From positions 40,178,001 through 40,242,000 of the forward strand of contig NC_058368.1 in assembly GCF_018350175.1 (NCBI RefSeq): a DNA stretch of 64,000 bases, read 5' to 3'. The first letter of the stretch is position 1, and each line of letters opens with the position of its first letter. The position numbers and the translations under genes are program-made. Below the pieces are notes generated by a model that worked only from the letters and a program-made list of their open reading frames with translations, had not been told where the DNA came from and searched no databases. Shown here piece by piece: positions 24,695-37,640 of this stretch. Source of the stretch: Felis catus (taxonomy: Eukaryota).

Positions 24695-27600
24695 CATTCT
24701 ATATTGAAGAAAAATAACTAAATTTGGGTGGATTTTAGAAAGTTGTAATATTAAAGCTTTTAGATAATCCTATAGGAGAAAATTTTAGTGAATTTAAGGT
24801 AGGGAAATTTTAAAAATAAGACATAATCAGTGCCTATCAAATAATAACATATATAATGATAATAATTTGGTGATTTTCTAGTTAGAGGATTCTGATTATA
24901 AAAAATATCAAGTGAAAATTCAAGCCACGATGTGAGAGTAGATATTTTAACACATAATGCTGATAAAAGCTGGTATCCTGACTATATATCAAACTTCTAC
25001 AAAACCAGTAAGAAAAAGACAACTGGAAAAAAAAAAAAAAAAAAGATGAGCTAGCAATTTGAAAAGACACTTTACAAAAGAAAAAAAAAAGATATTTTTA
25101 TAGTATGGTCCATTCACGTAAAATTTCACTCAATCTCACTAGTGGTCAGGAATATGTAAATTAGAGCAAATACATACATCTACTCTTTAATCAAAAGAGC
25201 TCAAATGGAAAACACTGACAACCTCCACTGCTATCAACGGTGAGGGGCAACTGGACCTCTTCGTGCTGCTGGTAATAGAAGTCATGCAATCATTTTGCAA
25301 AGTGCTTCAGCATTATCTAGCAAAATCAAATATGTGCATACTGTAAACAATTAATTCCATTCTCAGGTATAACCTCCACACAAATTCATTACATGTTCAT
25401 CAGCAAACATTTATAGGAGCATTCACGATGATATATTCTACAATAACCTCAAAAGGCAAACAATATATACCTACACCACCAGTAGAACAAATAAGTAAGT
25501 AAATAAATAATGGTGTAGTAATGCAACTGAATTCTACTGAAAATGAAAAAGTATGAAGTACAAATAGATATCAAAATGATATAAACCTTACAAACATACT
25601 ATTAAGCAAAGAAAGCCAACATATAAAAATACAAAATGTATCCTTTTATTTACATCAGGTGATAATGTGAATAAAGTAACACAACAAAAGGTTTCCCATA
25701 AATAGCAACATAATGGCTTCCTGGGAGGGGAGAAGGATATAAGAAGGGGGAGTGACTGGGATAGGGACAAGGTGCAAGGGTGTCATTCTATTTCTCAAAC
25801 TGTGTTGTTTACAAATCTGTTCATTTTGTATGAAGTCACTGAGCAGTCCTTTGTTTTGCTTTCTAAGAGGAAGAGGGAAGAAACTTACACATTTCTGTAT
25901 GTGTATAATTTTAATTAATTAATGTTTAAAAAGAAGTGCTTTAATAATCTTAGGGTACATTTTGTAAATCATGGGGAATAAATGCATTGCCAAATCATGT
26001 TGATTCCCCGTGACTTGAATCCCAGTGTAATTAACATGGACTTGATGTTTAAAACTTGGATTTAAACCCTACACTTACGATCTATATGCATTTTTACTAG
26101 TTACGTTCCTCTCTCAGTCTCAGTTTTATCTTTAAGTTGAAAGTCAAAACATTTTTTTTACAAGATGAACACATTTCTTAGAAGTCATTATGAGGATTCA
26201 GTGGAGTAATGTTGATTTCAACTCAGAAATATGTAAGTCAAAGCCTGGCTCTTCTTTCCAGTTTTACTGCTAAAGCCTTCAGTTAAGGCACCGTGGTCTT
26301 TTACCAGAATCCCAAAGTCCTGATTCCCATGTTTCAAGTGCATTCTCAAACTTAGTTTTCCCTTTATAAATCACATTGATAACATCTTTTCCTTCTTTTA
26401 GCACTTAGCTTGAAAACCTTTCATATTGGATGAAGTTCCATTTCCTTAGCATGACAGAGAAGGCTGTTTTCCAATTCTATACATGACTCCCTCTCCAGAT
26501 TCTTTGTTTTTTACAAATCTGCCTCAAATCTATCCCTCCACCACAAGAACTTTTTGCTGTTCCCTATGCTCCTTTTACTCCATATCTTTGAACAAAGTAA
26601 TCTCTGGCTGAAATGTGCCCTCTCTTTGTCTCTGTCTAACAAATGCTTATTCATCCTTTCATGTAAAGCTAAAATTATCCTCTTGTATGAAATCTTATAA
26701 GTTTCCCCTGACATATTCAATATGAACTTCTCTCAGTACTTCATCAATATCTCTGCATAACTCCTCGGGGAAATTGGCACGGTCCATTAGTCTCTAGATT
26801 ACTAGTTGGCCAAATTTTAGCACTTTGCTGGCATTTCCATAGAGGTATTTTTTCCCCTTCTCCAACAGGTCCAAGAACAAATGAAAAGGAAAGGATAAGG
26901 GCTGCAAGCAGCAGCAAGGGAGAAAAAAACCTATGTCAATGCTATTGAGAGAAGTCCGAGAGGTGTTTTTTTGTTTTTGCTTTTGCTTTTGTTTTTTGCT
27001 TTATCTCGCTCTAGGCCCACATTTTGTGCTATGTCACAGTATTCTCAAGAGAAGAAGTGAAAAAGAGGGTTGATGGATAGCTGTGGTTTTACCACGGAAC
27101 TTTAAGGAATTTAAGCGACACAACATCTGCAAGAATAGAAATGAAAGTACAGCCAATGCAGGCTGGAGGCCTTCACACACTTAACATCAGGAGTTGATTT
27201 TGATGTTAGACACTCATATCTAATTTTCTCTTAACCATGTTACATTCCACTGTTGCTTAACTGAAGGTATCATTTCCTCTTAGAATACCAGCCATTTTCA
27301 CTCCTTTTAGAATAACTGCCCACTGAGTAATGCTCAGGAAAATTGGAAAGCATTCTCCCATGAATAAATCTTGCTCCCACAGAGATAGGCCATCACAGAT
27401 TTGCCCTTATAAAAAGGAACTCCATCACCAACCTGTAATTTGGAGTGGGAAATTTGGAAACCTTTTAATAGATTTATGTTTTTTAAGCCAATTCATTTTA
27501 TGATTCCAGAATTCTCACAATTAGCATTTACATAGGCCTTTTAGGGAGGCTCAGTTTCAGCTAATTTGGAAGATAATTGCTTATCTCACCTAAATACTCA

Positions 27601-27851
27601 CCTGGGGCTTGCAAAGTAAATTTTGGATGCCCTATGTCATCTCCAATGATGAAACACAATTCTGTACATCTTACAAGAGAGGCATTCACTACCCTTTTCC
27701 CAGGATATTTGTACTACTTTTATATTTTTAACTTTAAAAAAAAAAAATAGACTTCATTTTTAGAGCCCTTTTAGACTTGTAAAAAATTGGGCAGATAATA
27801 TATATCTCTCACATACGTCTACTTTCTCCTTTTCACAGTTTCCTCTGCTAC

Positions 27852-28149
27852 TGTTAGGGAAAAATCTGTTATAAGGTGGCTGACAGGACTGATAGGGGAA
27901 CTCCAGTCCCTGCCTGAAGACTCCCCTTCTGGGTTCTTCTTCCCACCCTGCTTGCAGCTCCAAACTGCTACTAATGAGGATGCGGAAGTAACAGACTATA
28001 TATTGTTCCCTCTGCTTATGCTCTGGGCTCAGACCTCTGGAGAATGATCTCCTCTGAGCCCACGGGTGTAAAATAAACCTCCTGCCTTCCAAGATCTTCG
28101 AGTGCCGCTTGGTTCTTCTGCCGGGTGATCCAGGCCAGGTTCTGTAACG
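27852..28149 (+). mobile_element. Short solo LTR (ERV1-like, 298 bp)
   Basis: TGTTA...TAACG termini; 4-bp TSD ctac/ttac; TATATA near 27997; AATAAA near 28072; GC-richer than its flanks. Confidence 0.75.
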
Positions 28150-28440
28150 TTACTTGCACTTTGGCCTATGTGATAATTTGTTAAAAAAATGGGCCAATGT
28201 TGGTACATTATTATTAACTGAGGTCCGGAAGTTACATTAGAGTGCATTCTTTGTGTTGTACATCGTCATAGGTTTTGACAAATGCAAAATGTCATGGATT
28301 CACCATTAGCATGTCATGCAGAATAGTTACAGTGCCCTAAAAATCTCTGTGTTCTACCTTTTCGTTCCTTCCCCCCACCCCACACCCCTAAATTCTGGGG
28401 AACAACAGATCTTTTTCTTGCTCTATAGTTTTGCCTTTTT

Positions 28441-28659
28441 TGAAAAAAAAATTAAGTTTATTTATTTATTTTTGAGAGAGAAAGAGAGAGCATACAAGCA
28501 GGGGAGGGACAGAGAGAGAGGGAGACATAGAATCTGAAGCAGGCTCTGGGCTCTGAGCTGTCAGAGCAGAGCCCAACTTGAGGCTCTAACCCAAGAACCC
28601 TGAGATCATGACTTGAGCCCAAGTTGGACACTTAACAGACTGAGCCACCCAGGCGCCCC
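28441..28659 (-). mobile_element. CanSINE
   Basis: TSD tagttttgccttttt at 28426-28440 and 28660-28674. Confidence 0.95.
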
Positions 28660-28710
28660 TAGTTTTGCCTTTTTCTGATTGTCATATAGTTGGATCATAC
28701 AGTATGTAGC

Positions 28711-29776
28711 AGTAATAAGAAATATACATTTATTCTTTGTGTTCTATTCCAGATACAGAGCTTTAAAAAACTTCGCAATTTCCTGAGTGATAGGGATTAT
28801 GAGAGCATCTTTTGTTATTCAAAACAAGCTCCTGTCAATACTACCTGAGTTAATGCTAATAAAGTGACTTTTGGTGAACCCCTAGATAGCTTCAGGATTG
28901 TTGCTCCTTACTAGAGGAACCACCCATGTAATTAAAGGGTTGAAAATTTCAGTCCACCCTGGACCTCCAGGAAGGTGAGTGGGTTGGAGACTGAGTTCAA
29001 TGACCAATGGCCAGTGACTTAATAGTGCTATGTAATGGAACATGCAGATAAATTCCTAAAGGATCAATTTGGAAAACTTCTTGTTTGGTAAACATACTGA
29101 GGTGTTGGGAGGGTGACACTCCCACAGAGGGCTTGGAAGTTTTGTGTCCTTTTTTATTGTACCTTGCCCTATGCAGATCACTTTGGCTGTTCCTGAGCTG
29201 CATCCTTTATAATTAGCAAGTAGTAGTAAGTGTTTTCCTGAGTTTTGTGAGGCATTCTAACAAACTGTCAAATATACAAAGGGATTTGTGGGAATCCTCT
29301 GAATTTATTGCTGGTTGGTTAGATGTACAAGTGAACATAGGAGAAAGGGAAAAATAAAGGAGAGAGAGGGGAGCAAACCATGAGACACTCTTAAATATAA
29401 AGAACAAACTTAGGGTCACTGGAGGGGAGATGTGGGGGGGGTACTAAATGGGTGATGGACATTAAGGAGGTCAGTTGTGTTGGGCACCAGGAGTTGTATG
29501 TAAGTGATGACTCACTAAATTCTACTCCTGAAACCATTATTATATTATATGTTAACTAACTAGAATTTAATTAAAAAAAGAAAAACAAAACAAAAAAAAG
29601 TACAGGTGGCAATCTAAGACTTCAACTGGCTTCTGAAATGAGAACAGTCTTGTGCTAACTCCAGGTAATTAGGGTCAGAATTAAGATACCCAACTGTGTC
29701 TGCAGAGTTAGAGAACTGGTACCAGAAAAAACCTGCACATTTGGTGTCAGAGTGTTGTGAGAAAAAAGAGCCCAGA
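28711..29776 (+). mobile_element. MER21-like solo LTR
   Basis: aatttcctgagtgataggg, cccctagatagcttcagga, ttggagactgagttcaat and cacatttggtgtcaga motifs; flanked by gtagc repeats (28706-28710, 29777-29781). Confidence 0.8.
29334..29599 (+). mobile_element. Carnivore L1 3' end nested in MER21
   Basis: 3'UTR related to 12370-12630; A tail; TSD gtacaagtg / gtacaggtg. Confidence 0.85.
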
Positions 29777-31039
29777 GTAGCCTTTCAGACTGGCTTCTTT
29801 CAGCCAGTAATATGCATTTATAGTTCTTCCACGTCCTTTCATGGCTTGATAGCTCACTTCTTTTATAGCTGAGTAAAATTCCATTGCATGCAAATATTTG
29901 TTTATCCAGTCACTTTCTGAAGGATAATTATGAATAAAGATGCTCTGAATATTTGTGTGCAATTTTTTTGTGTAGACATAAGTTTTCACTTCACTTGGGT
30001 AAAGTCCAAGGTAAATGATTGCTGGATCTTATGGGGAGACTATGATTAGCTATGTAGGAAACTTCCAAAATGTCTTCCAAAAAGTGACAGTACCACTGCA
30101 TTCTCCCTAGTATTGAATGAGTGCTCCTACTTCTCCACATTCTTGACAACATTTGTTATTGTCAGTTTTTTTTTAGCCATTGAATAGGTGTATAACAGAA
30201 TATCATTTTTGTTCTAATTTAAAATCCCCTAATCACATATGATGCTGAGTGTCTTTATATGCTTATTTTCTATCTGCATATATTCACTGGGGAAGTATAT
30301 GCTCAGATATTTTGACCATTTTTAAATTAGATTGTTGGTATTCTTATGGTTGAGTTTTAAGTATTGCTTAATATATTTTGAGTATAAGTCCTTTATCATT
30401 ATGTGTTTTGCAAATATTTCCTCCAGCCTGTGGCTTTTCTTTTCACTATCTTAACAGTGTCTTTTGCAGAGCAGAGCAGAAGTTGTCAATTTTAATGAAG
30501 TCCAATTTATCATTTTTTTATGATTAATGCATTTAGTATTGTTTTTAAAATCTCATTGCCAAACCCAAGTTCACATAGATCTTCTGCTATGTTATCTTCC
30601 AGAAGTTATATAGTTTTCTATTTTATATTTCTATATTAATGTTTTTTGGTCTTCATTGAGTTTTATTCATATCTCTCTGCTATTATCTATCCTTTCATAT
30701 TCTCCATTTTTCCCATTAACATAGTCTTAATATTTGTTTTAAACTGCTGGTCTAATAATTTCAAAATCTGTCATCTGAATCTGATTCAAATTCTTGCATT
30801 GTCTTTCAAACTTTTTTTCTTGTCTTATGGTTTGTAATTTTTTGTTGTTGAAAGGCAGACATACGTATTGAGTAACAGGAACTGACACAAATAAGGCTTG
30901 ATTATGAGAGATTATATTTATTTGGGTAGTAGTTACACTGTATTTACTCTTTGCTATAATTGTAGGTGTCTGAGGCTTTATGCTTCTCCGGTGTTCCTAT
31001 TTTTGTCTCGTTTGTTGCCTTTGCGATTCTCTAGAAACT

Positions 31040-31265
31040 TTTTACTCTTTTTAATTTATTGTTATTATTATTATTTTTTTTATTTTTTGAGAGAGAGAGA
31101 GAGAGTGAGTGCTCACAAGCATGGGAGGGGCAGAGGGAGAGGGAGGAGAGAATCTCAAGCAGCCTCCACATCAGTGAAGAGACTGTAAGATCACATCAGG
31201 GAGATCACGACCTAAGCAGAAATCAAGAGTAGGGCACTTAACCGACTGAGCCAGCCAGGCGTCCC
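31040..31265 (-). mobile_element. CanSINE (older)
   Basis: TSD tctctagaaact / tctctggaaact. Confidence 0.88.
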
Positions 31266-32004
31266 TCTCTGGAAACTCTTAAATAGAGTCTAAGGCTTGT
31301 GGTTCCATCCCATATCCTCTGTTATTACAAAGAAGCCTTGTCAATGTGGTGGGGGAAATGTAGGGGAGGAAGTACTCTATAATCCTATGATTAATTCTGT
31401 CTTTTAGTGGGTCTATTTCCTGGTATATGAATTTCACAAGCGCTCCTCAGCTTTTATTTCTCTTTTTAGACGAGAGAGGAGGGCTCGGGCAGAGGCTGAA
31501 GTTGTGTTCTTCTAGTCTTCCATTTTAGTTAGGTAGTACCTCTTGAGAGCTGGTGGACACAAGCTCTGGTTCTATTTCAGAATGTCCTTTCTCCTATACC
31601 TGCTGGTACATAAAGAGATTTCTCTTTGATTTTTCAACGTGAGAATGTTAGTGTTCTGGGGGAAAAGCCATGAAAGTGTGTAGACCTACCTAAGACTGGG
31701 CCTCCAGAAATGTTTAGCTCTCAAATTATTCCCCACTCAGCCTCCAGTAGTTTATCAATTACAGTTTAGGTTTTCCTACCCACTTCTGGCTCCAGTGCGT
31801 TTTGCTCCTACTAAGCTATGATTCTCTATATTCTAGTTTTTAGGTGTAGATTTGATCTGTGACACCAATTCTTTGATGAGCCCAAAAAAAGAGTTGACCT
31901 TTTAGTTTACTATTTTCTTGCTATGATGATAGCAAGAAGTGATAATTTCCAAGCTATTTACATGTCAAAGCAAAAAAAAAAACAGAACTGAACTACCTTT
32001 TTAA

Positions 32005-32395
32005 AGATGTTTCTATAACAAACAGCCTTGTAAAAAGGAGATAATGTCTCCTCCCTGGAAAAAAAAAGGTCAGCTTTTTTATATCATTTGAAGATATACT
32101 GCTTCCCTCCATATCAAATAGTAGGCATGCTTGTTATCCAGAATTGAAAAGATAATATCTCTCTCCAGAGTAAAGGGCAGGCATGTTAACTACCCATTAT
32201 AAGAGACTGAGATTCCCTATGCTCAGGGGTTTTCTGTAATGCAATCCACTGTGTCTACGGTGTCATCTGCCCCTCTCTCTGTCATTCTGTGGGAATTACA
32301 TCTCACAAAAATCATGCTAATATGCTTATACTTTTTGACCAATTTTCTGTTTGAAAATAGAGAAAAATCTCAGAGCCTTCACAGTTCCTGACACA
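32005..32395 (+). mobile_element. LTR relic (MER76-like)
   Basis: Repeated agataat(g/a)tctc..cc.(g/a)gag..aaagggcaggcatg motif; name from memory. Confidence 0.5.
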
Positions 32396-32535
32396 AAACA
32401 TACTTCAAAAATTAGCAAAGATTTTCCAGATATTTTCAAGCAATGGCATAATAAGAAGAATGCAAACAATTAGTAGCATTCCTATTAAGGTACAAAATAA
32501 ATGCCATTTACATTAATAAATTCACAAATAAATAT

Positions 32536-32926
32536 TGTGACAGTTATTTTTATGTGTTGATTTGGAGGGATTTTTGGATAAGATTAACATTTAAATCAGT
32601 GAACTTTGAATAAACAAATTGCTCTCCATATTGTGAGTGGGCCTCCTCCAATCAGTTGAAGGCTTGATTAGAACAAAAAGACCAGCCTCATATAGCAAGA
32701 GTGAATTCTTTAACACACTGCCTTCAGACTATCTGGCCTACTGGCGTTAGGATGGGAACTGTGCCATTAGCTCACCTGTGTCTCAAGCCTGCCAACCCAC
32801 ATTGTAGATTTTGGACTTGCTAGCCTCCGTATTCCCATGAGCCAATTCTTTATGATAAATCTGTTTCCATATATATATATCCACATCCTATTGGTTCTAT
32901 GTCTCTGGAAAACCCTGACTAGTACA
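32536..32926 (+). mobile_element. MLT2-type (ERVL) solo LTR
   Basis: TG...CA termini; gtgggcctcctccaatcagttgaaggc; atcctattggttct.tgtctctgga.aaccctgactagtaca; 5-bp TSD aatat/aatgt. Confidence 0.88.
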
Positions 32927-33166
32927 AATGTCTTGACAATACATGATACTGTGAGATATAATAGATAATTTGGAAAAGTAGATGGCATTTCCGTTTCCTG
33001 CAGTTCTTTAGGAAAAGAACAGTAAGATAACATAATGAAAGCCTGAAAACTGTGCAAGAGTGATTGACTTTTGGAAGAGTTTATGGACCATAAGTTAACA
33101 AGAACTCACTTCATTTGGAACCTAAACTACAGTAGCTGACCTGGTTTTATAACCGCCCCCTCCCCA

Positions 33167-33373
33167 GTTTTTGAGAGAGAGAGACAGAGACAGAGAGAAA
33201 GAGCACATGTTAGTGGGGGAGGGGCAGAGGGAGAGAGAGGGAGAATCTTAAGCAGGTTCCAAACCTAAGGCTGAGGAGGACAAGGGACTTGATTTCACGA
33301 CCTCAAGATCATGCATGATCTGAGCTAAAATCAAGAGTTGGATGCTTAATGGACTGAGTTGCCCAAGTGCCCC
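33167..33373 (-). mobile_element. CanSINE (older)
   Basis: (GA)n plus antisense head ending cccaagtgcccc. Confidence 0.85.
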
Positions 33374-35602
33374 AACACCATTGTTTTTCATCCATTTATG
33401 TATTAAATAGGAAGCTACTGAAGAGATAAATGCATATTCACAACTCCTCTAAGTGATTACAGTATATTTGAAAAACCAAAAAGATGAACAATTTTTAAAA
33501 AAATTAAAATTTAGCTATTTAGTGAGTTACTCATTATTTGATTTCTTTCTCCATGATATTTCAAACGGAAAATACCTGCATAATTTGCACTTTGAATTGA
33601 TAATTTGCCTAGGCTGGCCAGAGGAATGGAACATGGTAACAGGATGAGACAGTGTTGAGCCATGGAGCATCAGACATGCCCAAGAGAACCAGCTGGATGG
33701 CTATGAAATTGTAAAGCAGAGTATCTAGAATTTTACAAAACTGTCAAATAAAACTCTAACATTTCCTGGAGGAACAATATTTTGGAAAACAAATTGCCAT
33801 AAGTACATCAGTACACATGAAATTAAAATATTTACATGAACATGAAATGGATCTCATTGAAATTTTGCTTATCAAAGGCCAACTTTGATTTTAATAGATT
33901 TTTTTTAATTTTAATAGATTTTTAACAAAATTATTTCCCTTGCAAGTTTTAGGCTCTGAAATTCTTTGCATCATTGCTCAACTTTTAAGATCCCAATATA
34001 TGGCTTTATGGGCATATCAAATCATAAAGGGTTACATTTTTGTGTTAGTAAAAGATTGTTTACTTAATGTTAATTCCATCTTAAAATCTATATTTTAGGT
34101 GCTCAAGCATTTATGATTAATACAGAATGCTAATGTTTCTGTTTTGAACAATCAGCAAAGAAAGGATTTCAGTGCATTAAGTCACCTACTAAGAGTCTTG
34201 CAATTGCAATTTTTTGTTTTGATAACATAGAGTCAATTGATAACACAAAACTACCTTTATAGAATTACAGTTATAGAATTGTAATAGGATGGCAGAACAG
34301 CATGGAGGTTTTTTGTGTGTCTCGCATCCATGAAAAACAGCCAAACCCAACACTAAACCATCCTACACACCTAGAAAACTGATTGGAGGATTAACACAAC
34401 AATCTGTACAACCTGAACCACAGAATTCAACAGGTACGCAGCACAGAGAGGTGAACTTGGGGAGAGAAAAGCCGGCGGCAGGCATGGCCGCTTTTACAGG
34501 CAGAGATAGGACAGAGACTGGGGTGGAGGGGAGAATATGGGAAAAGCACCCCTCCCCAAAAGCATCTGGAGAGAAAGTGGAAAATGGGAAACAGCCACAG
34601 GGACTAAGCTAAAAAGGGGAAAAGGAGAAAGGAGAGGGTTTAAATTCCATTAAGACTGTAAACAAGGGGAGTGCAAAGGCTGCAACTCCACAGCTCCATA
34701 CCTGGCGGTGCTCCGGTGGGAAGGACGAATCTCCAGTAACAGAGTGGGGTCCGGGAGGTTCTCAGGCGACACGGGGAAAAGCAGTTCCACTGCTGGAAGG
34801 ACATTTGGTAGAGACTGTTGAAGCCTCTTGGACCCAGCAGACTGCAGAATATGGCCACATTCGCTGGTGCTGGTGCAAGGTCGTTAAGGGTGAAGCCTGG
34901 TGCCAGATGTGTGTTGTGATTTTCCATAATCCCTGAAAAGCTGCTGTTACACTATCTCACGAACTTTTTCTGAGGCGGGCTGGCACCTGGCCATACTCTC
35001 AGGGCACCGGCAGCAGCAGGGTCCAGCAAGCGTTCCTGGGTGCAGCCGACATTCAGTCATTGCTCATTCGGCCATTACTGGGTGAAACCCTCCCGCAGAG
35101 GGGCGGGACGGGTCCAAGCCGCAGTCCTTCAGAAGGGGCTGGGGAAAACAGCCGCACCTGAGACAAAACTTGGGAGAGAGGTACTGCCTGGGGCCTGGTC
35201 ACGGACAGTGAAAAACCGGGGAGTGGATGAGAGCTGAAGACAGAGGATGGGTGCACGATTGCTGATTCCGGAGAACAGACTGGGTAGCTGGGTGCTGCCA
35301 TTTCCCCTGCTCCCGCGCATGCGTATATGCACCTAGAAGTATCACAACAATCTACCCCAGTAGGCTAGCAGGGCCATCTAGTGGAGAGCAGAGCTATTAC
35401 TGAACCCCGCCCAACTGGGCCAACTTCACTCTTCAAGAACACAAACCTCACCACCATCTTAGTTTATGGCCTATAAAGCGCTACATAGACTGACTTCTAG
35501 GGGAAAACGAAGTAATTTCAGTCCTACTCAATCTGTTAGCAGGTTCATCTATTCAATTTTCTTTCTTTTTTTTTCTTTTTCTCTTTTACACTTCTTTTCT
35601 TT

Positions 35603-36250
35603 TTCTTGAATACAGAAAGAGAAAAAAACATTTTTATTTTCAATTTTTATTAAAAATATTTTTAATTCTAATTACTATATTTTTTTACTTTTGTGTAAAT
35701 TTTTTCAAATTCTATATTACTTCCATCATTTTATTTTAGTCTACTTCAGTGTATTAACCTTTTCAAATTTTCAAACAATTTCTTTTTTATTTTTTTCTTT
35801 TTCTTTTTTCTCTTTTTCGTTTCTTTTTTTTTTCTTGAATACAGACAGGGAAAACTTAATTTTTAGATTCAATTTCTATTAAAACATTTTTATTTAATTT
35901 TTTACTATATTTTTTGTTTTTATGTAAATATTTTCAAATTCTATTTTTCTTCCATCATTTTATTTTAGTCTACTACAGTGTATTCACTTTTTCAAATTTT
36001 CAAACAATTTCCTTTTTTTCTTTCTTTTTTATCTTTTTTCTATTTTTCATTCCTTCTTTTTTCTTGAATACAGAAAAAGAAAAACTCATATTTATTTTTA
36101 GTTTGTATTAAAATTATGTTCCTTTAATTTTTTCTACTATATTCTTTACTTTTTGTATATTGTTTCAAATTCTATTATACCCCCATCATCTCATTTTAGT
36201 CTACTTCTGTGTATCCATTTTTTCAAATTGTCAAACGACTTCCTTTTTTT
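35603..36250 (+). repeat. Three diverged T-rich 229-bp tandem units in the L1 5'UTR
   Basis: Anchor ttcttgaatacaga at 35603, 35832 and 36061. Confidence 0.85.
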
Positions 36251-36403
36251 GTCCACCCCCTTTTTTTCTCTAATCTGTCAAACCACTTTCAACACCCAGA
36301 CCAAAACACACCTACTATCTAGCATCATCTATTTGATTTCTGTGTGTGTGTGTTTAGTTTTTAATTTTAATATTTTTTTAATTTCAATTTTTCTCCCTTC
36401 AAA

Positions 36404-37424
36404 ATGACAAAACAAAGGAATTCACCCCAAAAGAAAGAGCATGAAAAAATGACAGCCAGGGGTTTAACCAACACAGATACAAGCAAGATGTCTGAACCAG
36501 AATTTAGAATCACGATAATAAGAATACTAACTTGAGTCAAAAATAGATTAGAATCCCTTCCTGCAGAGATAAAAGAAGTAAAAAATATCCAGAATGAAAT
36601 AAAAAATGCTATCACTGAGCAGCAATCATGGATGGATGCCGCGGTGGCAAGGATGGATGAGGAAGAAACAGAGAATCAGCAATATAGAGAATAAACTTAT
36701 AGAGAATAATGAAGCAGACAAGAAGATGGAGATTAAGGCAAAAGAGCATGATTTGAGAATTAGAGAAATCAGTGACTCATGAAAAAGGAACAACATCAGA
36801 ATCATAGGGGTCCCAGAAGAGAAAGAAAGAGAAATAGGGGTAGAAGGGTTATATGAGCAAATCATAGCAGAAAAATTTCCTAACCTGGGGAAAGACACAG
36901 ACGTGAAAATCTAGGAAACACAGAGGACCCCCATTGGATTCAATAAAAACCGACAATCAACAAGACATATCATAGTCAAATTCACAAAATACACAGGCAA
37001 AGAGAGAATCATGAAAGCAGCAAGAGAAAAAAAGTCCCTAACCTACAAGGGAAGACAGATAAGGTTTGCAGCAGACCTATCCACAGAAACTTAGTAGGCC
37101 AGAAGGAGTGGCAGGATATATTCAATGTGCTGAATCAGAAAAATATGCAGCCAAGAATTCTTTATCCAGCAAGGCCCCTCATTCAAAATAGAAGGAGAGA
37201 TAAAAGTTTCCCAGACAGGGGCGCCTGGGTGGCGCAGTCGGTTAAGCGTCCGACTTCAGCCAGGTCACGATCTCGCGGTCCGTGAGTTCGAGCCCCGCGT
37301 CAGGCTCTGGGCTGATGGCTCGGAGCCTGGAGCCTGTTTCCGATTCTGTGTCTCCCTCTCTCTCTGCCCCTCCCCCGTTCATGCTCTGTCTCTCTCTGTC
37401 CCAAAAATAAATAAAATCGTTGAA

Positions 37425-37455
<31 letters not shown>

Positions 37456-37531
37456 GTTTCCCAGACAAAAATCAAAAGATTTTGTGATCACTAAACCAGC
37501 CCTGCAAGAAATTTTAAGGGGGACTCTCTGA
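36404..37531 (+). pseudogene. L1 ORF1 remnant (stops, frameshifts, SINE insertion)
   Basis: MTKQRNSPQKKEHEKMTAR start; NNIRIIGVPE and IIAEKFPNL motifs; in-frame stops; ends [12 protein letters not shown]. Confidence 0.9.
37218..37451 (+). mobile_element. Young SINEC_Fc inserted in L1 ORF1
   Basis: Perfect 16-bp TSD aaaagtttcccagaca at 37202-37217 and 37452-37467; CpGs intact; long A tail. Confidence 0.98.
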
Positions 37532-37545
37532 GGGAGAAAAGATGA

Positions 37546-37563
37546 ATATATATACATATATAT

Positions 37564-37600
<37 letters not shown>

Positions 37601-37640
37601 CATACATATATATATATATATGTGTGTATATATATATATA
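37546..37640. repeat. Interrupted (TA)n microsatellite in the L1 inter-ORF spacer
   Basis: Directly visible. Confidence 0.95.

Larger units (their letters stand above)
18890..25930 (+). mobile_element. Old degraded L1 (L1M-class) with 5' region, ORF1/ORF2 remnants and 3' end; hosts younger insertions
   Basis: A-rich + strand; ORF2 endonuclease-start-like sequence near 21335 (cattaaatttaaatagtctaaacaccccaactaaaag); [12 protein letters not shown] sequence at 22630-22660; old 3'UTR to about 25920. May be more than one element. Confidence 0.7.
27745..30630 (-). mobile_element. L1MD/L1MC-like 3' region (antisense), split by an LTR, a SINE and a MER21
   Basis: Collinear antisense L1 3'UTR pieces (tagacttcattttagagc; tacattattattaact; tagttttgcctttt..gtcatatagttgg.tcatacagtatgtagc|ctttcagactggc). 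Confidence 0.8.

Noticed and set aside
34430..35420. Host gene promoter or CpG island
   Set aside because: The GC-rich segment is the L1 5'UTR, and many of its CpGs appear decayed.
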